64,000 nucleotides of DNA. Source: Rhizaria sp. SCN 62-66 (Eukaryota). Location: contig MEDY01000205.1 of the NCBI GenBank assembly GCA_001724265.1, positions 1-64,000 of the forward strand, given 5' to 3'. This document shows positions 43,316-53,514 of this stretch, piece by piece. Numbering within the stretch: position 1 is the stretch's first letter; every line of letters starts with the position of its first letter. The translations under genes were made by a program, and so were the position numbers. A model generated the notes under the pieces. It did no database searches and was not told the origin of the DNA. It saw nothing but the letters and a program-made list of their open reading frames with translations.

Positions 43316-46009
43316 ATGTCTGCGAGCCCCCGCAAGAAAGCGGCTCCGTCGTCCAGCGGCGGTCCCAACGTCGAGGCCGAAGCCAAGGCCGCAGGCGCCG
43401 CTGCAGCGCGGAAGATCAAGATGAAGCCCGTCCCCACGGAGGACGACCTTGCCAAGGCGCGCCTGCAGCTTGTACGCGCCCAAGAGCAGAGCAAACACCT
43501 CGCGCGTCTTGTGCAAGAGAACCTCGCTTTGAAGGACATTTCAAGCGAAATCGGCGCCGCGCTGCACACTCAGGTCGCCACCCAGACCTCTATCCTGGCC
43601 GACCTGGACTCCGAGCTTACATCGACTGACAGCGAGGTCGTCTCCACGCAGCAGCACATCGAGGCGCTCATGCGCCAGCGCGAGAACATGCACGCAGCGC
43701 ACGAGACCCGCATGTCATCCCGCCGCGAGCGCCACGCCCAGGCGATCGCGGGTCTTCTGTCTGATCTCAACGATCAACGCGCGCTCTTTGCCGCTAACGC
43801 GGACCTGCGCGCGGAGAAGAAGGCGCTGTACGAGGCGCTCGATGTCGCATCCGCCGAGGCTGCGCGCGCGCGGCACTCGCACCACGTGACGGTCAGCGAC
43901 CGTGAGCACCTGTGCTTGCTCGAGAAGGCGACGCTGCGCCGCGGCATGCTGTCGAAGCTCGCGTCCACCAAGCTTGGGCTGCTGGGCAAGGTCGGCCACC
44001 AGCTGCACACCACGACGCGCCGCGTCACGCTGGAGCACCAGCAGGCGGCGCTCGAGGTCGCCTACCAGTCCGCCGTCGTGGAGAGGGACACGGCGCACTG
44101 CGACCGCGCAGAGACTCGTCTGAGGGCGTTACGGCGCGCGGCTGAGCTCGACCTGCAGGCGCTGGCGATGGCCAAGGACCGCGAGGCTGCGGTGCAGCGA
44201 AGGCTCGCCAAGGAGGCCGTTGTTCTGGCGGCTCTGCAGCGCATGGCTGTAACGCACGACCTAAAAAGCTATAGTGCCTATAAGAAGAACGGTAAGAAGC
44301 TTCCCGCATCCCAGCAACAACAGCAGCAGCGCAGTGCAAATGCGAGCAATGAGCGCAGCGGCGTTAGTAGCGCGAATGGCGATGCGAGTGCGAGCGGCGG
44401 CGGTGGCGCTGGTGGTGGTGTTTCAGATCAGATGTGGCGTGACGTTGGCGAAAGCTTGAATCTCTCGCAGTCAGTCATCAGCAACAACAACAACACCAAT
44501 AGCAGTAACAACCATGGCGACAGCGCTCACGGTCACACTGCCGCCCAGAGTCAGCTGCTTGCGCCGAGTCAATCTCAGACGCTCACAGTCACTCTCGGCC
44601 CCACCACAAACGATTCCTCGACTGCTGACCACCACCATCACTACAACAACAACAACAGCAACAGCAATAGCAATACGGACAGCAGCGGTGACTATTCTGC
44701 CGGCTCACAGTCATTCCGTGGTCTCACAGTCACTGCCAGCAGCGGCAGTAATCCCTCCCATAACAACAACAACAGCAACAAAAACAGTAGTGTTGCGAAC
44801 AACATCAACACTGCGGCGGTGGTCCCCATCAGTGCACGCCGTGTCTCTGCCACTTCCTACGGCTCCGGCGCGGTTGCGACCGCAGGCGTGTTCTCGAAGG
44901 CGAAACTAGCGCGGTGTCCGTACGGGTCGGACGGTGCGCGCCGAATCAACGCCTCGGTCGCCGCAAATACCAACCTGCACCCTCTCGCATCTGTCAACTC
45001 TTACAACAACAATAACAACGCTGCTGTCCAGAACACGATGAATGCTGCTGCGAGCCTGAACGCCGCGAGTGCTAATTCTGCAATGCGCATCGGTAGCGCG
45101 ACCATCGCAGCGACGCCCGCCACCGCAGCCGCAGCCGCTGCCGCCTCTGCTTCCACTGCCATCACCGGCGGCGGCGGCGCAGGACGCGGCAGCAACAGCA
45201 GCACGAGCGGGCTAGCCGGGGTCACGCGCGCTCTCCAGGCCGAGACCGTGACCGTGGCGGGGGAGCTCCGCGCGCTGCTGGAGGCGACGGCGCAGGCGCG
45301 CGGCACGGCGGCGCGGGCGCACGAGGGCGCTCAGAGGCTGCTGCGGCTGCAGTAGGACTCGCTCCGGCTGCTCGAGCTGGCGATGGGTGACGCGTACGCG
45401 CAAGGAGCCGCCGCCGCCGCAGCAGCAGCAGCGGCAGCGGCGCAGACTGGGGGCGATGCTGGGGGCAGCAGCAGGGTCAATGGGGGGGCAGCTGCGGCTC
45501 TCGGGGGACTGGACGGGGCCATTCAACGGGCGGCCGCGGGCGAGCCCGTTTGGCCGCACTCGCACACACACGGACTCGTTTCCACTGCGCGCAACCACAA
45601 CAACAGCAACAACAACGGCGATGACACTCCGAACAACAACAATCTCAGCAACAGCAGTAGTGGTCGCCGGAGTGGTGGCGGTGATAGCCGCGATGCTGAG
45701 GCGGAGGGCGAGGAGTTCGAGGCTGAGCTTGACCGTGCCGTCGCGGCCCCGTTTGACCTCTCTTGGCCCGCGCGCGCCGCCCTCCTGGCCTCCACTGGCG
45801 AAGCCGCCGGAACCGACAGCGGGAGCAGCGATGCCACGACGATGGCGATTATGAGTGAGCGTTCTCTATTGCCCTGGCCGCTCAAACGCGGCGTCCCACC
45901 TAAGCTCTCGATGGTGCGGTTCGGAGACGCCCTGGCGTTGCTGGCGCTACTGTACCATAAGCTGGACGCGACACCGGCGCCCGCGCCGATCAAACGCTCT
46001 GTCGTCTAA
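43316..46009 (+). CDS. CFAP157: Cilia- and flagella-associated protein 157-like coiled-coil protein (~897 aa; in-frame TAG at 45353-45355 read as sense)
   Basis: LEKATLRRGMLSKLASTK...QLHTTTRRVTLEHQQAALEVAYQS matches the CFAP157 core as I recall it (EK.RL+KEM..KI..TK....QL..TT+RTI.EN.Q...EL.YQS). ORF 45383..46009 continues in the same frame across one TAG lying inside an amphipathic helix (RLLRLQ*DSLRLLELAM). Ends TAA. Confidence 0.75.
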
Positions 46010-46118
46010 GTTAACTGCGGTGCACATATGCGAGCTGATGTTGGGCTCAGTGCTGTCTGCTGAGCATAATACTTGGCAAGTTTAAGTTTTAAACTAAAAT
46101 CAATTGATATCTAGACAA

Positions 46119-46161
46119 TACAGTCAGTAATATAAAACCCGGTTTTATATTACTGACTATA
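46119..46161. repeat. Near-perfect palindrome (18-bp arms, 1-nt spacer) flanked by TA; possible collapsed Tc1/mariner-type element
   Basis: agtcagtaatataaaacc (46122-46139) + c + ggttttatattactgact (46141-46158): the arms are exact reverse complements. Context TA-CAGT...ACTa-TA. Confidence 0.7.
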
Positions 46162-46343
46162 CGATGAATTTTATACGATCGAAACAAATGTAATACACTG
46201 AATTCTTTCTTTACATCAGTTTTAGGGCTTCAATGAACATGTTATCAAGATACTACATATATGTACGTATATTATATCTGTATTGTTTCAATCACGATTA
46301 TCTAACGATCGTCACAAAAAAGTGGTTCATCTTTTACAAAATA

Positions 46344-46345
<2 letters not shown>

Positions 46346-46380
<35 letters not shown>
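46346..46380 (+). repeat. (CAA)n microsatellite downstream of the ABI-like gene
   Basis: Uninterrupted caa run in an AT-rich intergenic/3' UTR region. Confidence 0.85.
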
Positions 46381-46381
<1 letters not shown>

Positions 46382-46458
46382 CTTCAAACCAAGATCTCTT
46401 GGGGCGAAGTCGCACCTAGACTCAATTAAGTACCTTGATTGTCTACTTCGGAGCGTAC

Positions 46459-47082
46459 TTACTGCGGCGGCGGGGGCGGGGGCGCGCGCATGGTTCCGAA
46501 CGGGCTCGGCGGCGGCATCATTCCGCCAGCTCCAGCGCCAGGAGTCATCGGCGGCGGCGGCGGCGGGCGCATCGTCCCGAACGGGCTCGGCGGCACCGCT
46601 CCGTGCGGCGGCGGCGGCGGCGGGAAAGCGCCGCCGGCCGTCGGGGAGAGCGCGGCCGACGGCGGCGGCGGCGGCATGGACGGCGCGCGGCCCAGCGTCG
46701 GCGGCGGCGGCGGCGCAGCGACAGTGGAGAAGCGGCTCGGCGGCGGCAGGCGCGGGGACGGGACGGCGCCGGCGGGACCGCTGCCGCCGCCGTTGCCGGG
46801 GGAGGTGGCGAAGGCGGCTGCGAAGGCAGAGGTAGGGGACGCGGCGACGTTGGGCGGGGGCGGCGGCGGGGAAGTAAATGACGAGGACGGGGAGACGGTT
46901 AGAGTGGTAGCGCCGGCGGGGGCGGGGGGCGCGGCCGGGGGGGTCATGGGCGGCGGGGGAGTGAACACCGGCGCTGCCGCCGCCGCCGCCGCCGCTGCCG
47001 CAGCAGCTTGCGCAGCAGCAGCGGCGGCTTCGGCCTCCGCATGTGCCTGAGCTTGAGCCTGCGCCTGAGCATAGGCCTCAGC

Positions 47083-47127
<45 letters not shown>

Positions 47128-48213
47128 GTAAGCATAAGCAGCCTCGGCCTCAGCCTGGGCCTGAGCTTGAGCCTGCGCTTGCGCCTGGGCTTCGGCCTCC
47201 GCAGCAGCGGCAGCAGCGGCGGCGGCGGCGTGCTCGTCCTCCTCTCTCTCATGGTAGGTATCAGGCACCGAGACGGGCGCGGCTGCACTCGACGCGTGCG
47301 AGTACGCCCCCGCCCCCATACTATGGCCGCCGTTGCCGGGGGCCTGGAGAGCGAATGAAGGCGTGGGGGGCGCATTAGCGGCGCCGAGGCGCGCACCGGC
47401 CGAGGGCACAGGCGGGATACTGAAGTTGCCCGATGGGGAAAGCGGGTTGAAAGCTGCCGGCGGGGCGTTGTTGAATGAGGGGGAGGAGAGGAGACCAGGC
47501 GGGGGGCGCGCACCGCCCGCGCCGTACATCGAGGACGAGACCGATGAGGATGACGCGGAGAGCGGCGAGTTGGGAAGCTGGGGCATCGAGGGCGCGGGGC
47601 CGGCGGCGGAGGCGACATTAGCGCCCATCGCGTACAACGAACCGACGCCAGAGTTGACTATAGAGGCGGCGGAGGACGCTGATGCAAAGGCGGGGCCCGC
47701 GGCGGCCGCGGAGACGTCACCGACGCCAGCAAGCGACTCTAGGTCGAGCGGGGCGTGTGTGTAGGGCTTATGCGACAGCAGCACGTTAGCCTGCAGTTCG
47801 TGAGGCGCGGCGGAGACGATCTTCTCTGTGGGGGCCAGAGGGTGGGAGGTGCGCGGGCAAGCGAGGCTGAGGTGCAGGCGCGTGGCGACGCGGGTCTCCT
47901 CGGCCGAGACGCGCGCCGAGACGGCATCGATGCGCCGGGCAACGGCGTCCAAGTCGGCGGACTGGGCGGCGAGCAAAGCAGAGAGGTTGCGACCGGCGAC
48001 GAGGATGGACTCGGCGATAGTAGCACAGGTGTCCTCAATGTATTTGGTCGAGTGGCCGAGGATGGCAGCATTAAGCTCGGAGGGGTTTTGCGCGTGGTAG
48101 TTCATCGAGGAGATGTCCAGAGAGTCGGTCTGGGTGTTGAAGTAGTCGACGATTTGACGCAGGGGCTCCGAGCGGAGCGCCGCGATGGAATTAGTCACTC
48201 CTTCGCGGGACAT
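46459..48213 (-). CDS. ABI: Abl-interactor (ABI)-like subunit of the WAVE/SCAR complex, SH3-less, with polyproline tail (584 aa)
   Basis: N-terminus LRQIVDYF...STKYIEDTCATIAESI...LLAAQ..DL....I..VS.RV.....VA..., then KIV and KPYTHAPLDLESLAGVG, match the ABI WAVE-binding and HHR regions (L..VA.YC...ETK.Y..QSLASVAYQI...LD.Q...; Y.RKPIDY..LD..G). Multiple PPPPP tracts. Ends TAA. Confidence 0.85.
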
Positions 48214-48664
48214 GGTGCTTTAAGCGATTAAAAAGCGGTTCAACCAGTACAAGAATTGCTCAAATAAACGAATTTGAGCCACTTGACGGACGGTGCAACG
48301 CAACCAAAAGGCGAAACTCACCCCCCACCCACGACGACTCTCACTGAGGGAGGCATGCACGAGCCTCAGCCCAGCGGCTTAAATTTCATATCCACCACAA
48401 AAGGTTTTTTAACTACTTGACTTTTCATCTGTTCAAGTTGGTTATACACCATGATATTATCAAAGTAAAATTACATTGCGGTGCAATGAATAGAATCATT
48501 CTTGTTGTTAGATAAATTGTTTAAGGGTATGTATCGTGTTAGATGCACGTATAAAAGTGCTCTTATTTTGTCGTCACAGGTCAATAATGCCATGAATATA
48601 CTTACTATATAGTCAAATTATATGTTTACACAAGTAAAGTGTAGTATGTCCTTGAAAGAGATGG

Positions 48665-49843
48665 TTAGATACGCAACTGCCTAGTCGACGCGGACCTGCC
48701 GGGCATCGAAAGCAGCATCTTCGAGCCACTCTTGGCAGCCTTCTGGTCCTCTTCTTCCTCCTCCTCATCTTCGTTATCGTCGTCATCGTTCTCGTCGAAC
48801 TCTGACTCCGTCTCGCCCTCAGCACCAGCGCTGCCAGTCACAGGTCCCGCGAGACCCATTCGCGCGACGACCGCAGGCGGTACAGGCTTGAGAGCACCCA
48901 TGACCGCGTCCGTCAGGAAAACCTCAGCGTAGCTCGCGCCGTTGCGGCCCACTGTGACCGCGTTAACGTCGCCGAACGCGCCTGCGCGGCCCTCGCGCAC
49001 CGTGCTGTCAGCGCCCAGCGCCACGGTGAGCGCAGTGCGCACCTCGTTTGCAGTCGCGGCCGCGTCTACGAGCCCGCCAGCGTTTGCCTTAAAGCGGACG
49101 CCGCCGACGGTGCCGGCGCCGGTCAGAGGCGTGCAGAGCCGCAGACTGGGGCTGGCAACGGTCGTCGCCAGCGGCTGGCTCAGGGCGGAGAGCGCGCTGT
49201 GCGCGGGGCGTTTGGGACGCGTGGGCTCGACGGCAATGCGGCCCACGGCCACGCCGGCGTAGGACGCGGACGCGAGTGCGGCGGCCAGAGCCGGGAGGGA
49301 AACGGACGACAGCTGCATCGCAGTGTTGCTGTCAGTGATGCTCGCAGTGGCGCCGCTGATGCTAGTGGTATTGTTTTTGATGTTGTTGTTGCTTTCGTCG
49401 TTGTTGTTGGGTTGCGAAGACTGAGTAGAGCTGCGAGAAGATGCGAGATCAATGACATCGTCAGAGTTGAGCAGTGTCTTCGCAGTACTCTTGTTCTTGT
49501 CGTCTTTTCCTTTGTCATCGCTCTTATTCTTGTTCTTATCCTGAGTCTTGGGGGTGTCGTCGCTGTCGGACTCTGTCTCCGAGTCAGCCATAGAAACCAC
49601 CTTCGGGCCAGCAGTCGTGACAGGCTTTGACACTGCATCAACACTCGCGCTCGCGCCCGCACTCGCAGTGGAGCTAGAGCTAGAGCTTGCGTTTTCTTCG
49701 TCGAAACTCGTGAGAGCGCCGTTGACGATCGAGAACGCGCTCTTCGCAGTCTCAGTCGACAGAAGCGCCTCCAAGTGCTGCTGATACATCGCAGTCACGA
49801 GATTCCCAGACTGACTCAGCGTTTGCTCACCGTGCGCAGTGAC

Positions 49844-49878
<35 letters not shown>

Positions 49879-52218
49879 GGGCGACGAGGGCCTTCGAGTC
49901 GTCATCGTTCCAGTCGACGGTCGCCTCAAACTCGGTGGCGTCACCAAGCCTGGCACTACGTTCGCAGAGTCCGTCGCCCTGCAGAGGCAGGGGATTGGCC
50001 AGCCAACGGCTCCACGCCTCCGCGGTCGCGACCAGCCCCTTGCGCGCAGCCTCCGCGGCCTCGGCGCCCGAGATAGACGCCTTGGCGGCGGCGGCGTCCG
50101 CGGCGGCCGCAGCGGCCCTGCATGCGGCCGTCGCGGTCGCAACAGCGGTCTGGGCCTCGACGACGTCATGCTCGGCAGAGACGGCGGCTTGGACCAGAGC
50201 TGGATCAAGCTTGGGCGTAACAGCGCTCTTGTCCTTGCTCGTACCGCCAACAGCTGCCGCGTCATCGCCGTAATCTCCGTCGCCATCAGCGTTCGGGCTG
50301 AGCATTGTGATAGCGTTGGCCGTGGCGGCGGCGGTCACGGCGTCATACTTCTTGACAGCGTCGAGCTGTGTCTGCACTGCAGCCTCGCGCGCGGCAACGG
50401 CGGCGTCAAGCGCACGCAAGTGCTCCTGCGCCGTCAGCTCGCGCGCGCGCTGCGCCGTCTCAAGCCGCGTGACCATGCGGCCTAACTTCTGCACAAAGGC
50501 GTGAAGCGAGAGTGCAACCGGCAGCGGACCACAGTCAACGGCCATTGCCTCAACCAGCGCCAAACTCGATGGTACACGCTCATAGTTGCCCGCGATTGAC
50601 GAAACAAGGCATGTTGGCACTCCACGCGCCTGTGACGGCAGCGCCAGCCGTTGAGACTTAGATAGCGCGAGGTTTCCTACAAACGCGGCGGCAGCGCTGG
50701 CGCTGGCGCTCGCTGCTTGAACAGACTGCGCGCGCGCTCGTGTTGCGACAGCGTTTACGTCGTCAGAAGATGCAGCGGCGCTGTACGTCGTTAGCACAGG
50801 GCACACAGCGGCGGCCGCGTGTGCGATGAAGCGCAGGAAAGGCTGCGGAACTGTCGCGCTAATGCCGTCAATGGCCCTAACGCCATCATCGTTGCCTTGC
50901 TGCAGCGCTTTGATCGCGAGAGCAGCGAGCTCGAAGGGGGGCGCAAAGGTGAGTGTGTCGCTGTCTTGGGGAGGAGCGCGCCATTGCACGGAGGCCAGGC
51001 TCGCATGCGTCGCTTCGAGCAACGATGAAAACGAGGTGCTTAGACGGGGCGTAAGCGCGCGCGGGGGACCGGCGCCGGCCGCGACGGCACCGGTGACATC
51101 TTGGAATGAGTCGATAAGCGCGTTTTGACTCACGGTGACGGCCGGAGACAGAACCTGTGTGACAATGCGATGCTGATTGGGCGGACGGGACACGTTAGTC
51201 TCGGCCGACGGGATGTGGAAAGCCGTCGCCAGAGTATGCGGGAACAGAGACGCCGACGCAATCTGTGACAGGAAATCCCCGCCCATCGGCACCATCGGCC
51301 GCGCTGCGAAAAAGTCGAGCCGCTTCGAGGACTTCGATTGCGACTGCGGCTGGGTATTATCGGCGTGAGCGTTCGCGGTGTACGTGAACGCAGTCGGCAT
51401 CGCAAGCGTGAACAGGCCGGACCGAACAAGCGCTGCAATCGTGCTCTGTCCAACGCGCTCCAGCACGGCAACGGGCGGCTGCTCAGCACCGTGACTGAGC
51501 CCGCCGCCGCGCGCAAGCAGCTGCCAGCGCAATGCGCCGAGCCACGAAGCCTCAGCAAGCGCGTTGCGAACAGGGGACTTCTTCTCCTCTGTAGACGCTG
51601 TTGCTAAAGCCTTCTTGCTGGCGTCGTTGTTTTCGTCATCGCTGTCGAGGTCGAGCGTCGTTGTGCTCTTGCTCGGCTTGCTGGCCTTCTGAAGCTGAGA
51701 CTGCGGCTGAGGCTGAGGCTGATTCTGCGCTTGCCCCAGCGTGCTTTGTGCCAGCTTCCACAGGTCTTGCCTCTCGCGCGCGGCCTTGACGGTGCGCGCC
51801 GTGCGCCCTGTGTAGCCCGCCGCAACGGCCAGCACATGGTCCATCGGCAGCGCGCGCGGGAGCAGGCGATGCCGCCACGCGCGCAGACCCGGATTTAAAA
51901 CCGAGGCAAACGCCACGAGAGTCGCACGACTGCGCGCCACGTTTTCAGCCGTGCTGCCGTTGAACGAAAGCAGCGCGGGCGCGGCCGACAGAGCGGTGCG
52001 GAGACGGAAGCCGCAGATGCCGTGCGTGCCCAAGGCCCTCACAAGCTGCTCGGGCAGTGTGTAAAGCTGGTAATCGCGCGAGGTTGCGGACATCGCGTCG
52101 GCGGCGGCGGCGGCGACGGAAGAAGCCAGGGGCGCGCGCGGGCGCAGTGGCAGCGGGGTCGGGTAGAAGGTATTGCTGTACTTGGGGAGGAACAAAGGCA
52201 GAAGCGTCTGCTGCGTTG

Positions 52219-52255
<37 letters not shown>

Positions 52256-53417
52256 AGGCGGGGAGAAGAGACGCTTGCGGGAAGTGTCGTTGTTGGTCGC
52301 CTCAGCGTTGTCTGCCATGAAAGTAAACGCAGCATTCGTGTTCAAGCTCGTGTTCGCTAAGATCGCGCCAGCGTGTGTGTCAGCCTTCGTCTCATCGTCG
52401 GACTTTGGTGCGAGATTCAGCGTCAGCTCTGAGCTCATTGACGTGAACGCGAACGTCGCCGACGAGAGCCACGACCACGGCTGGAACACATCGGCCACAA
52501 ACGCGCTGCGGGCGAAACGGCTGTTTTGCGCACAGTCGTCGGCGTTGGTGTTGCAGTCCATCCACAGCAGAGGGTGTCGCGGGTCAACGGCTCTTGCGCG
52601 ACGCCACTGGGGCTTGAAAGACTGCGTCGACAGTGCAAGCTTGCGCTGAGTCGAACTCAGCGTCGCAGCTGCACTTGCACTCGAGCTCTCACTGGAGTTG
52701 CTGCTGTTCTTCGCGTCGATACAGTCTGAGTCATCGCTTTGCGAGAGAACATCGAGGCCGAACGCTGCGCGTGTGCGCTCGAGCTCTTCGGCGACCATCG
52801 CGCGGAACACCGCCGCGGCCTCAGCGCGCGCGGCGACAGCTACGTCGCTCGAAGTCGGCCCCAGCGGACCGGCTGCGAACCGCGGCAAGTAGGAGTGTTC
52901 CTGCGACTTGTGGACGTACATCGGAGCAGAGATCGCGTAGGGTTTCGGGAGGAGAGGTGCGACAGGAACCACCGGCACGCAGAGCGATGCGACGCGGCCG
53001 TAGAAAGGAGAATCGGTCGCACCGACAGTTGCCTTGGCGAGAGCGTTCGTGTTGTGCTTGTTGATGACCGAAACTGCGTCGTTGTAGGCAGTGATACGCG
53101 AACTCGTCGTTGCCAGCGGTGGAGTCGTCGCTTCCGCCGCGGCAGCGTCCTTTAAAAGCGCGCTACCCCATGGCGTCTTAGTGATATCGGTCCCCACGTT
53201 ACGCACGGACTCGGACAGCGCGCTGGCGTCCCAACCGGCGCGCGCCGTCACTGTCAACAGCGCGGGCCGCAGCCGCGACAGGGCGCGCAGGCGCGCGCTC
53301 AGCAGCCACGCCTGGCGGCGCACGGCCACGGGAGTCGTGCGCAGCAGCTCAGTGACGGCGGCGGCGACGGCGCGGGCGCTCTCGCTCGGAGTGCTCTTGC
53401 TAGCTGAGGCGTCGATG

Positions 53418-53514
<97 letters not shown>

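Noticed and set aside
494-45355. Pyrrolysine, programmed readthrough, A-to-I editing (UAG to Trp) or pseudogenisation as explanations for the TAGs
   Set aside because: Pyl is not known in eukaryotes and no pyl genes are present. There is no shared readthrough context. Trp is implausible in these coiled-coil and low-complexity contexts. Pseudogenes should also show TAA/TGA and indels. These are disfavoured but not formally excluded without RNA or protein data.
53422-53514. Genuine 31-residue poly-methionine tract
   Set aside because: The alternative frame gives poly-Asp, typical of this genome, and restores continuity with the downstream ORF.
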